A stretch of 62,328 nt of DNA, counting the filler. It is 11 parts of 11 records of this genome, joined end to end, with 100 filler letters (N's around TTAATTAATTAA, not from the genome) between each part and the next. Parts side by side here need not be neighbours in the genome. Positions count along the whole stretch, not along the records: positions 28,659 to 39,072 come from SRR15195285_494; positions 39,173 to 43,536 come from SRR15195285_497; positions 43,637 to 48,564 come from SRR15195285_498; 8 more parts are not named here. One strand, 5' to 3'. Positions 37,388-48,664 of the stretch are shown in pieces. The translations under genes and the position numbers were made by a program. The notes under the pieces were generated by a model. It was not told the DNA's origin, searched no databases, and saw only the letters and a program-made list of their open reading frames with translations. Each line of letters begins with the position of its first letter. The first letter of the stretch is position 1.

Positions 37388-39072
37388 ATGCAGCTGGTGC
37401 TGCTGCTCGCGAGCGTTGGCGCTGGCGCCGGTACCGCTCTCTCGGCGCCGGCGCCGGCGCAGGATCCAGAGCGCGCGATCCTTGATGACCCGCGGTTCGG
37501 GGCGCCCGTGCGCGAACGTCTGTACCTGCGTGAAGGCTATACGCAGTTCAATCATGGGAGCTTTGGCGTGGTACCGCACGACGTGATGGCCGAGCTACAT
37601 CGCCTGCAGGAGCAGTGCGAAGCGGATCCGGATATCTGGATTGGGTCTGGCTACCGCACGCTGCTCACAGAAGCCCGCGAGGCTATGGCCGACTACGTGG
37701 GAGCGGATTCAGACAACCTTGTTTTCGTTGAGAACGCCTCTGGTGGCTGTAACTCGTTCATCCGGAGTGTGGCAGCCCAGTTTGCTGCTGCACAGGATTC
37801 CCACGTGGATGGAGCGCCACAGCCAAAGATACTGCTGCTGTCGTGTGCCTACGGAATGGTAAAAAACGTGCTAGCCATGCTTCAAGACGAGCAGGGGGTG
37901 GAGCTTGTCGAGGTCGAGGTCTCGCTAGTACTGCACGACCCGGAGCTTTTGTTGGCCACAGTGGAGGAAGCGATCGTTGCGAACGGTGGCGCTGCTTCCT
38001 TCTCGTTGGCGGTGATTTCCCATATCGCGTCCATTCCGGGCGTGATCCTGCCGGTTGAGGACTTCATTCAACTGCTGCCTGGGGTCCCGGTCATGATCGA
38101 TGGTGCTCACGCTCCTGGCGCCATCCCCCTCGATCTGGAGGCTCTGCGTCACCACCACCACGCGGTTCACGAGCGCGCACTCCCGTCAGAGCGCGGTGGC
38201 TGTGCTGGCTGCGCGGGATACATAGGCAATATGCACAAGTGCGGCTGTAGCTCCTCGTCCCACGCCCACGAGGCAACTGTTGCTGACCCTGTCGCATTAT
38301 CAGGAGCTTTGTTCGTCTGGTCGCCAGAAACTTCGCTCACCGCCACCTGTGTCTGATTCTTCGTCGCCCCAGGTGGTTGTTTTCGCCCAAAGGCACAGCA
38401 TTCTTGTGGGTAACACCAGAGTGGCAGGTCCAGATGGTGCCACCAACGCTGAGCGGGTGCCGCGGGGACTTCGTCTGCACTTTTGAGTACACTGGCACGC
38501 GCGACTACGCTCCCTTTGCTACGGTGAGTGCGTGCTCTGGCACTACCGCGGCCACCGCTTCACACGATCGCCCAAATATTCTCGCTGCATTTGCGTTTGT
38601 GTGCAAAGTTAGTGAACAACATTGACGTAGCGGTCTGCGTGTGCGCGCATGTAACTCGGTGCTGACGAGGGCAGGTTCCAGCCGGTCTCGCATTTCGCAC
38701 CAGCGTTGCCTCAGAGCTCGAGGTAATGAGCTATGGGCACGAATTGGCCGTCTGGACTGGAGAATTTCTCAGCAATTTGTGGGGCACTGAAGTGCTGCAA
38801 CCGGAGTCGATGACAGGATGGATGACGAATGTGCGCTGGCCAACAGACGATAGCGCTGTGGCATCAGCGGTCTCGGCGCGACTCCTCGCAGAGTACGACA
38901 CGCGGCTGAATATCTTTACACTCAATGGGCTGGTCTACTCTAGAGTCTCACTCCAGATTTATCTGACGAAGGACGATGTTGAGAGAGTCGGCGCACTCGT
39001 TCTGGAGCTGCTTGACGAAGCTGCGCGCTGCCTTAGCAGCGTCAGCATCAGCATCAGCATCAGCAGCAGCAG
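37388..39072 (+). CDS. Class-V PLP enzyme (isopenicillin-N epimerase / cysteine desulfhydrase / Egt2-like), 3' end at contig break
   Basis: FNHGSFG, FVENASGG, IDGAHAPG, GNMHK|WLFSPKG (intron 38239-38372 splits the PLP-lysine codon), FEYTGTRDY. Confidence 0.88.
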
Positions 39073-39179
39073 NNNNNNNNNNNNNNNNNNNNNNNNNNNN
39101 NNNNNNNNNNNNNNNNTTAATTAATTAANNNNNNNNNNNNNNNNNNNNNNNNNNNNNNNNNNNNNNNNNNNNGGGGGGG

Positions 39180-42100
39180 ATGAGCTCGGAGGAGGAGGAG
39201 GAGGAGGGGGCCGGGGATGTGTTCGATATGGAGGCGATGGCAGTGCCGGAGGTGCGGCGGCAGTCGCCAAACCGCTCGCTGGCGTCGATGCGAGGGATGA
39301 TGTCGGAGGTGGGGACCGCCGGGACCCGCACGCTGGCATCGATGCGCGGGACAAACTCGCAGGATCTGCCGCCACGGAACTCTGCACGGCGTGGCTCGGT
39401 CGTGCAGGTGGGTGGGCGCTCCACCGCGCTGTCCCAAAGCGCGGAGCTAGCTGTGACGCTGCGGCGGCTGAAGGCTGCGAACGAGACGGGCGACCCCAAC
39501 GTCATGCAAGCAGCGCTGACCGCCGCCGGCGCCGCGGCGCACATGCAAGGGCCGGAAGCCGCGGAGCTGCAGGCACTCGCCATGGCTGTGGCAAGCCGCC
39601 TAGCCGACGACAAGGAGTTCGCCAAAACAGGTCGGCTCCGCAGGTCCGGCCAGGTTCGGGCACGCGTGCGGCGCTTATGGGACCTGATGGTCGCCGAGAC
39701 GACGGCCATCCGCAAGGAGAGTGGCATGATGCGGCCTGGGGAGACCGCACAGGACGTCACACTCGAGGCATACCGCAATATGCACATCCGTGTAGCCAAA
39801 GTCCTGGCCTTCAGGGACGAGTTTGACAGAGAGGAGGCGCTCAAGATTGCAGACCAAGACTGGGCTGAGGATATCTCGCGCTTCTCTGGGACAAGCCACA
39901 TTACCGTCTGGCTGGATGAGATCCGTACGAAGTTCAAGGAGGCCTCGGCACGCGCAGTGGCGGAGCATAGTTTCCGTGAGCTGTTTCGGACGTTCGATGC
40001 AGACGGCAGTGGCGAGCTCGATCGCAAGGAGTTCCGACAGGCGGTAAGGGAGAAGCTCCACATATCGGAGGAGACAATCACTGAGGGGGAGGTGGAGGCA
40101 CTGTTTGACGCCGTTGATGCAGATGGTAGCGGCGAGGTCGACAGCACTGAGTTTGTTGCGTGGCTATTCCCAGCCAAACTTGCGAAGAGTCCTAGCGTAA
40201 TGAAAGGTGGCAGGAAGAAGCGCAGTGCAAAAGGGCTGGTTCGCACCAGTTCGGAAACTGCACTGAAGCAGCGCTTCCGAGAGGCATCTGAGCGGATGTC
40301 GCAGGCTGTCGGGTGGGAGATTATCTTCCAGAAGTATGACGATGACAATTCGGGCGAGCTTGAGATAGATGAGTTCACGCGTGCTGTGCGGGAAGAGTGT
40401 CAACTGACAGAAGATGCAGTGCCGGACACCGAGATCGAGGAGCTGTTCGGTGTGATCGACGCAGACCAATCCGGGGCCATTGACGCGGACGAGCTTGGGG
40501 AGCTGCTGAATGCCAATCTTGGCACAGCAACGATGACCTTTGGGCCTTTTTACAGCAGCATATTCGAGCTGGTCTCCGTGTGGGTCCCTGTCGAGAACGA
40601 GAGCTCCTACGTGCGGTTCCTTGACCATGTCTTCAATTCAATTACAGATGCTATCAACGGCCATGAGCTGGACCTTGATACGGCGCGTGTACCGGTGTTT
40701 GATGACGGAGATCAGCTGGTTGCAAACTTCCGCCTCAAGCAACTTAATGAGTGTCTGTCATTGGTGACGGAGGATGGCAACCTCGATATGGTTGACCTGG
40801 ACACTGTCAATGCACAAGATATTCTACCAGAGAACAACCCAATGTCACCGGCATACATCGAAAACAAGCAGGCGAAGGGCCGAGAACGGAGGAAGTCCCT
40901 CAGTGCGACGGTGTCGAACTCTTCACTGACATCGCCAAGAACACAGACCGGGAGCAACCCAGAGTTGCCCACCCCCTCGCCTCAGGAAGAATCGCTCCCC
41001 GTGCTTCCTGAGACGGAAGACACAGGCGAAGATGAGGATACGGAGCCATTACTGGAGCCAGAGGCGGAGCCGGAGCAGCAAGAGGCACCAGCGGCCATAA
41101 TGCCGCGCAAGCAATTCCAGCCGCGACCGCCACCGCCGAAGCTCACAATGAGCGATGACATGTGTGACGACATCAATGCGGACAAGTTTGGTGAGGGCGG
41201 GTGGCGCAGATTGGCATCTCCTGTATCAAATGCTATAGACGCGAAGGCCAAGACACGGCACGGCGATCTCCGGGCTACCGTTGCGAGCCACTGGACTTAC
41301 GGTGCTGTGCCACCTAGCTTACGGTACGGCTCCACCACAGCTGCGCCGCCGCCAGCAGCAATGGGAGCAGGAATGCAAGTCGGAGCGGATGGGTATCAGA
41401 AACAGTCCAAAGACCTGCCCGCTGTGCGTTTAAACCCATCAAGGGCTGCCGGGATGGACTTGAGTCAGCCGGAGCCGAGGAAGAAACCGTCTAGCCTTGC
41501 TGGTAAGGGAAAGGCTCAAAGACTCAAAAAGAACGGCAAACCACGGCCAACGGTGCGGGTTGACGCTATTGTCGGTACTGGGCCGCTTAGCGGCCGGCGG
41601 CTCTGGTCATCCGGCGGCATACCACCACCACCTTCCACGGCGGGAAGCCGGCTCACAACGCCTCGTGTGTTGGGTGCCGCTGGCTTCCGATTCGCGCCTC
41701 CACCATCAAGGAGGGCTGGCTCCGGCGCTCTCGAGCATGAATTTCAGAGGTCGTCGACTAGCTTGACCCGTGCTCAAACCGTGGGGGTATCTACGGAGGA
41801 ATCGTGGAGGAGCCCATTTGAAAAAATCGGGGGACGTATGGCCCCACCGATGGCAGCGGCAGCAATCCCTAATCGTCCACATACAGGTCATTGCACTCTG
41901 CAGCCACGTAAGCGACCGGCAGCGGTGGCCAGCGTCTTGCTGCGTCCCGCCGCCGTGCCGTCGGAAGGTAACACGGCGCGCGAAGCGCTGGGATACGACG
42001 AGGCACCGCTGTATCTCCATCTGATACCTGGTGCGGTGCCAGGCACGCCACGGAGCACACGAGGTCTGCGGACCGGCGGCATTTCTCTTCGCGCGCCTCT

Positions 42101-42281
42101 ACTCAGTCCTGGAAAACCGCACCGAGGGCTGCCACACAATCAGTTTGAACTGCCGACAGTCGATCTGGCGAGTGCCGTCGCCGCCGGTCAGGACCTACCA
42201 GCTCAAGCTGGACCTAAGCCCGGGTCTTGGGGCCGTCTGCCGCCTGGGCAGACCTCGTTGCTAGGCGTTGCAACGCGATGA
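39180..42281 (+). CDS. EF-hand protein with four canonical EF-hands and long low-complexity C-terminus (5' possibly truncated)
   Basis: DADGSGELDRKEF, DADGSGEVDSTEF, DDDNSGELEIDEF, DADQSGAIDADEL in a 1033-aa ORF. Confidence 0.85.
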   Translation: MSSEEEEEEGAGDVFDMEAMAVPEVRRQSPNRSLASMRGMMSEVGTAGTRTLASMRGTNSQDLPPRNSARRGSVVQVGGRSTALSQSAELAVTLRRLKAANETGDPNVMQAALTAAGAAAHMQGPEAAELQALAMAVASRLADDKEFAKTGRLRRSGQVRARVRRLWDLMVAETTAIRKESGMMRPGETAQDVTLEAYRNMHIRVAKVLAFRDEFDREEALKIADQDWAEDISRFSGTSHITVWLDEIRTKFKEASARAVAEHSFRELFRTFDADGSGELDRKEFRQAVREKLHISEETITEGEVEALFDAVDADGSGEVDSTEFVAWLFPAKLAKSPSVMKGGRKKRSAKGLVRTSSETALKQRFREASERMSQAVGWEIIFQKYDDDNSGELEIDEFTRAVREECQLTEDAVPDTEIEELFGVIDADQSGAIDADELGELLNANLGTATMTFGPFYSSIFELVSVWVPVENESSYVRFLDHVFNSITDAINGHELDLDTARVPVFDDGDQLVANFRLKQLNECLSLVTEDGNLDMVDLDTVNAQDILPENNPMSPAYIENKQAKGRERRKSLSATVSNSSLTSPRTQTGSNPELPTPSPQEESLPVLPETEDTGEDEDTEPLLEPEAEPEQQEAPAAIMPRKQFQPRPPPPKLTMSDDMCDDINADKFGEGGWRRLASPVSNAIDAKAKTRHGDLRATVASHWTYGAVPPSLRYGSTTAAPPPAAMGAGMQVGADGYQKQSKDLPAVRLNPSRAAGMDLSQPEPRKKPSSLAGKGKAQRLKKNGKPRPTVRVDAIVGTGPLSGRRLWSSGGIPPPPSTAGSRLTTPRVLGAAGFRFAPPPSRRAGSGALEHEFQRSSTSLTRAQTVGVSTEESWRSPFEKIGGRMAPPMAAAAIPNRPHTGHCTLQPRKRPAAVASVLLRPAAVPSEGNTAREALGYDEAPLYLHLIPGAVPGTPRSTRGLRTGGISLRAPLLSPGKPHRGLPHNQFELPTVDLASAVAAGQDLPAQAGPKPGSWGRLPPGQTSLLGVATR

Positions 42282-42740
42282 TCTACGACGTTTCGCGTTC
42301 AGTGTGGGGTGGGGGTGGGTGGGAGTGCACACGTGCGTGCTGGCCCACGACGTAGCGTTTAGCTCCGGCGACCTGTCAGCGGTTTACGCGCGCCCGAACT
42401 GGAGATACAATCAAATGTAGCTGCATTCCGGATCGCTTACGCCCACCACGCTCCCTGCACGACCTCTCTCCGCAATGCGGTCCTACCAGGTCCACCACCC
42501 TGTCTGACCTCTCTTGCGAAGATATCTGACTGCTCGAGGCCACCCATCCACCCCAGTAGCATGGGATGTCCCACCTACTACTCACGCGAGCCACCCCACC
42601 AGCACGGACGCCCGCCCGCCACCGCCCGCGACGGACAGCGCTCTCCGCAGATACCCAAGCAACCGAGTGCACCACGACTTGCCGCTTCCTGCTCGCACAC
42701 CACTCAAGCCCGTACAATCTACCTCGAGCTCTACGTCAGA

Positions 42741-43536
42741 TCAGCATGCGCAGTCTCCGCCACCACCGGCTGGCTTGGCATCGCTCACGTTGATAATGCT
42801 AGGGATCTCAACCTGCTCCTCCTCGCTCTCCTGCTTCAGCGCCTGCATCGCAATATTCCCGTGTCAGCGCTGTTCCCGCGCAGACAACGACACGATCGGC
42901 AGGCGGTGGGCACTCTGGCAAGGCAGCGCGTGGGCGCACATTTTTGGCGATCTCCATGAATGCCTGCTCAACGTTGGTGTTGTCCTTTGCAGAGGTCTCG
43001 AAGCAGGGGATGTTGCCCTTAGATGTACACCATGTCTGGGCGCGCTTGAACGCCACCTGCCGGTTTTCAAGATCGCTCTTGTTGCCCAGCACCACGAACG
43101 GGAAGTTCTCAGGATCCCGCGGCCCCGCCTGGATCAGGAATTCGTCCCGCCAGCTTTCACAGTTGTCGAACGACTTGAGGTTTGTCAAGTCGTACACAAG
43201 CACGCACGCGTCGGCACCGCGGTAGAACGCGACTCCGAGGCTCTGGAACCGTTCCTGGCCAGCAGTGTCCCAAATCTGCGCGGCCGCACACATCGCTCGT
43301 TAGAAACCCCTCAAGCCGAAGCATTGACCACCTGTGTCACCGGCGTCTCGCGCTCCCAGTGCCAGCCAGCCCCCGTGCTCGCCGCGTTGCTGCCACCGCA
43401 GTGCGACGCACCTGCATCGTGACGAGACGCTCATCCACGACGACCTCCTTGGTGAGGAAGTCAGCACCGATCGTCGCCTTGTACTGGGAGCTGAACTTCT
43501 TGTTCACATACTGGTTCATCAGCGACGTCTTGCCGA
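42741..43536 (-). CDS. RAB7: Rab7 small GTPase, 5'-truncated
   Basis: [62 protein letters not shown]; introns 43411-43276 and 42939-42843; C-terminal CAC prenylation motif. Confidence 0.97.
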
Positions 43537-43755
43537 NNNNNNNNNNNNNNNNNNNNNNNNNNNNNNNNNNNNNNNNNNNNTTAATTAATTAANNNNNNNN
43601 NNNNNNNNNNNNNNNNNNNNNNNNNNNNNNNNNNNNTTTATCAGTGAGTTCTATGTACTCCACAAGCCTCCAACCCAGCCCGTGAGGAATTCCTACCGTT
43701 GGCTCGTCCGGTGGGGCGCGGTGCTGCGTGGGCCTCGCTGGTACATGTAGCAGTC

Positions 43756-43924
43756 GTTGATCCGTAAGTGGACCGTGCTGCTCAGCTCTCTCTATGTATA
43801 GCGTCTCGTCGCGGCCGTCAGCAGTCGAATCCCTTCGGCACTCTACAGTGACAGTTGTGGTTTTACGCCCGTACTGTCTCATACGCTGTGATTTGGCGCC
43901 GCAGAGACTACGGGACGGATCAAC
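43756..43924 (+). mobile_element. Spliced MITE-like element, copy B (169 bp), upstream of the 44092 ATG
   Basis: Perfect 10-bp TIR GTTGATCCGT/ACGGATCAAC; donor GTAAGT 43764; acceptor CGCAG 43904; last 25 nt identical to copy A. Confidence 0.85.
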
Positions 43925-44091
43925 TGTCTGTACCACAGCCTGCCCTCGGCTTGCCCGCTGCAGCACCACACGATGCGGTGACTGACCAGTGGCAGTGAGT
44001 GATCTCGTCGGTCAACACCGCGAGGACCTCGTGGGCAGCACCGTAGGGACAGTGTGGAGCGGTGTCGCAGCTGTCTAGAGGACGCGACGAG

Positions 44092-47000
44092 ATGCCGAGG
44101 CATGGGCGCACGACCGTGGGTGTGGCGGGGCGCGGGGCTGGGCGTGGGCGGGAGCTGGAAGAGGCGTGGCGCTGCCTGCGCACAACCAAGGTCCGGGCGG
44201 CATACTCGCGAGATAGTCAGCGGATTGGGGTGATCGAGCGTGGCGAGCTGGTCAAGTCCATCGAAGAGCGCACAGACGAGCTCGGCAGGCCGCAGCATCG
44301 TCTCAGCTGGCCCCTGAAGGGATGGGTGAGTGAGACTACCAGCAACGGTGACGTGGTGTTCTGTTCAGCTGAGACGGACGACCTTTCATCTAGCAATGAC
44401 GATATGATTGAGACACGCCCCGATAGCCGTCGACGATCTCAGAGCACTGCGGTGACCCGCGGCCGCCGGCAGCCCTCGCCGCAATCGAGAACGAATCGGC
44501 ACGAGGCTGAGCAGTTCGTCTGCCTGAACCGCGCGCCGCTACGCGTTGGATTGGACATGCTGTCGGAGCGAGCTGGGTTCGTCGAGCCAGGCGATATTAT
44601 TAGAGTGCTAGATGTCCGATTCAACGATAAGGGGCAGCGACAGCTACGCTGCGAAGCTGGATGGGTGATGGAATACGGCTGGACAGGAACGCAAATGTTC
44701 CAGCCGCTCGACCCAACCGCGGCGATGGGCGATTCCTCATCTTCGTCCGAGGGCGTGCAAATAGCAATGGTTGTAGAACGGGAGCTTTCTCGTCGTCAGT
44801 CACGCTCGCCGAGTCCCGTGCGTCACCGGCGTCGTTCGAGTTCGCGCTCACCGTCGTCACCGGCACGCCGCGGCTCGTTGAGCGCACGCAGACGACGTGC
44901 TGAGCAACGCAGCCCTGGGGGGCGCAGCATGTCTGCAGGACGGGCACGAAGGCGTACGCGGCGCCTCTCTGCCGTCGGAAGCGAGCACAGCGACGTCTCT
45001 GGTGACGAAAGCTTGGTGGATGGCAGTCACACAGAGGCACAAGCACGTGAGTATTTTGCAACAATGCTAGGGCTGGCGGGAGCAATCACAGACAGTCATA
45101 TCGACAAAGCGATGGGCATGGCAGCGGAGCGCGGGCTAGTTAACGCCGCGCAGTGCTCGCGGATAAAGAGGCAGGCAGGACGTGCGAAGATCGTGACTGC
45201 ATTCAACATCATGAATGCGGCAGGGTCAGTGCAGCACCGCCGCTCTCGCACCGCGGCCGTGGCAGAAGCGCAGCCTGTTCGGCGCACGTTGAGCCCGAGG
45301 TCACAGCAACGTTTTGTTTCACGGATGCAGCAGGACGCTCAGCAGCGCGAGGAGTATCTTGATCAGTTGCGGGACCTGCACTCTGAGCAGCACTCGCGAC
45401 GAGCGAAATACATCGACCGGCGCGCGCACGAGGACTTGCTGGCACGCATGGAAGCGCACACACACCAACGCGAAGAGGAGTTGGAGCTATATCGAAGTAG
45501 ACCTGACCTAGTGGACCCGCACCTTGTATTTCAGCCAACTATCAACAGACGGGTGCCCAGCACTCGAAGGAGATCTTCTCCGGCACGCTCTCCAATGCGG
45601 CGTGCGGAAAGTCGCCACCTGGACCAAATGAACGCAGCCAGAGCCAGGGCTGCTTCCATAAATCGGAACACGCACTTGCGCCGCCCAAAATCACCACGCC
45701 GGACTAATTCGCCTGAGTTGGTTCCAATTTCAGACAAAAGCGTTCTGCGGGAACAAATTATCGAGATTTTTGAGCTGCACAATCCAGCTAAGCTGGACAG
45801 CGTGGATACTTTAATCGAGAAGTATGGCGCGGAGCCATTGCTGCGTCGGATGGAAGATAAGTACTCACGCACGCTGGAACCAATTGAGAGATCGCTGCGG
45901 GTGCGATCGCCAAAGCAGTTGCAGAGCCCTCGTGGCGGAGCGACGTTGAGTCCAAAGAATCGGCGTGTTACCTCGGCTCGGCGGCGGCAGCCTGTCAACA
46001 AGGGCACGCTGAAAACAGCCTCGGTCTCGCGCAATCTACCTACGCATGCAAGCCCAGGTCGCACCCGAGGTGATTCGCCAGGGCGGCAGCAAGGCGATAG
46101 CGTCTCGACGCGCGCAGAGGTATCGCACGACGACTACTCGGATGAATCAGCTGAAAGGATCGCGCTGAGCCGAAGCCGTAGACGGTTGCGCCCAGATTCA
46201 GCGGCTCGTGCAACTTCAGCGAGCAAGTCTCGTGCAACTTCAGCGAGCAAGTCGTCGAGCCGTCGTCGTTCTCCGTCACCGAAGGCGAGGGGGAAACTGC
46301 GGGCGAAGGATAGAGACCGGAGGCCTGCACGCAACGCGCCACCAGCAAGAAGCAAGGAAAGTGGCTTTCGCGCAATGCCAAGGCTCACACAGGATCAGAA
46401 ACAGGTCATAAATCTCTGTGTGAGTATGGTGGACCGCCACGGCACAGGCTTTGAGGCCAAGCTTCGGAATCATGCATCCGAGGATCCTCTGCTCGAGTTT
46501 TTCCTCGACAAAACCTCAGATGCGTGGAAACACTACCATCAGATTTTGAACGACATAGACCGTCGCAAACCATCCAACTTCAAGCAATACCTGGAGAGCA
46601 TGGTGCTGACTGATGTGAGCGCGGTCAGGCGCGCCCTCGAATGTGAACGTATCGAATCTATGGATGACTGGGATGCCTTGGATGAAGCTGAAATAGATGA
46701 CCTCCTGCGATTCTTATCGTCGGCATCGAACATCAAGGATCGAGACCTTGGAATCATCGAGGGCCACTTGCGTGGAGATTTGCATGCGTTCGACAATTTT
46801 GCACGCCGCCAATCAACCTCTCCATCCAGAAACCGTCGCAAGGACGTAAGAGGATCGTATCCAGAACCAGAGCCTGAACCTGAACCGGAGTACAGGAGCC
46901 CTGTGCACGAAGACGGTCGATCTGCTGGAACACTAGGTACAAGATCTAGTGCCAGTGGCGGCAGCAGGCACATACCTGCTCGCACTGGCTCATCTAAGTC

Positions 47001-48564
47001 CGTGATACCTCCGTGTGACGGTAAGCTTTACGTAAAAATCGTGGGTGGGCACGAGCTATTACTGCCTCGACAAGAGATGATAGCGATCGAGTTCAAACTC
47101 GGTACCAAAGGTGGCAAGCAGACGACTGTTCCCGTACTGTCAAATGGCGGAAAGCCCGAATGGAATCAGACGCTGGAATTTCCTGTAACGCACACGGAAA
47201 AAATTAAGGAGTATGAGCTCAAGGTGAACGTTTCTGGGTACAAATCCATTCTCGGCACGGGAGATTTTGTCGGCGAAACTACGATAAAGCTCGACGAAGA
47301 GTTTGCGACAAAGGATTGGAATGCCGAACTCACTCGCGAATTTTCATTGTGGGATCCGAAGAAGAAAGTGAAAGCAAACAAGCCAGCTCGTGAAGTCGCC
47401 TGGCGACGTCAAAATGGCCCCACCTGGGGTGAAAATTGCTTTCATGGCAAGTTGGCAGTTCAGCTGTGGTTCGTTGGCTTTGAGAAAGCAGAGGAGGCAT
47501 TCGCAATGGGCAAAGACGTAAGCGGCTGCTGGGAGGCTGTTGGTACAGACAACGGCACAGCAGTCCCGTTGCAACGATTTCATTTGCAGCAGCACGCGGA
47601 CTCTTCAGTGACTGGCCACCAGCACGAAAGCCCGAGGGCGCGTGTCGATTTTGCAATCGAGAATGCCACGCTTGACGGGCAGCAACTGAAGTTCGATCAA
47701 GTACTCAGCCAAGATAGACATGGGAGATCCGGACGTTACAGCACCGTGTACTGGTCTGGTACACTGACTAAGAAAACCGGTGTTTTGCACTTCGAAGGGA
47801 CATGGGCTGGTGCCAAGAATGGGAGATTTCACGCGACTCTGACACGTCCGAGTGTTGACGATCCTAGGGTTGGAAGTCAGCAGCTTCGGGAACATATGGA
47901 TGCGGTTGGTGTCCGAGATCTGGACCTTGTCATGGACTTCCTGGAACGGTCTAACGTTGCTAACCTCGATAAATGGGTTGACCTAGGGACTGAAGACAGG
48001 GAAGACATTTTGGCAGCGCTGGGCAGGGAGCGACGTGTAAGACGTGATGATATCATAGTACTGAAGTCGGCAAAAGCATGGCACAGACAAACCTCATCGG
48101 GCAAAGTACCGACAGCGATTCCCCGAATCTTCGAATGCATTAATGGCGACGGGGACGCCAGACGCTTATTTCAACGATACGACAGGGATGGCAATGGCTA
48201 TCTGAGCCCCTCTGAGCTGGCAGCGGCGCTGCGTGGCATGCAGCTAGACCTAAGTGATGACGATGTCGATGAGATAGTGGCGTTCATGGATACAGACGAC
48301 GACGGTTACGTCTCGCTTATTGAGTTTATGGATAGGTCTTACATAGGCAATCTTGCGTACGTGCGCGAAAAGCTCATCGATCGGGCTCCAGACGCACATG
48401 GTGCACCCAGCTTTAGGGGGCTATTCAACAGGCTTGACAGGAATGGTGATGGCGAGCTCAACTTCGACGAGTTCATGAAAGCAGTGCGGAGTCGCAGTGG
48501 GTGCGACATACAGGAAAGTGAGCTCTCGAGAAACCAGCTGCAGCAGCTATTTGATCATATCGAC
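44092..48564 (+). CDS. Large mosaic protein: 2 SH3b-like, RS-rich, SURP, 2 SAM-like, C2, EF-hands (3'-truncated)
   Basis: ~1490-aa open frame; SURP-like VINLCVSMVDRHGTGFEAKLR..LEFFLDKTSDAWKHY; C2 GKLYVKIVGGHEL..PEWNQTLEF..DFVGETTIKL; EF DRDGNGYLSPSEL, DTDDDGYVSLIEF, DRNGDGELNFDEF. Confidence 0.85.
46205..46252 (+). repeat. Perfect 24-bp in-frame tandem duplication (RATSASKS x2)
   Basis: ctcgtgcaacttcagcgagcaagt twice. Confidence 0.95.
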
Positions 48565-48664
48565 NNNNNNNNNNNNNNNNNNNNNNNNNNNNNNNNNNNN
48601 NNNNNNNNTTAATTAATTAANNNNNNNNNNNNNNNNNNNNNNNNNNNNNNNNNNNNNNNNNNNN

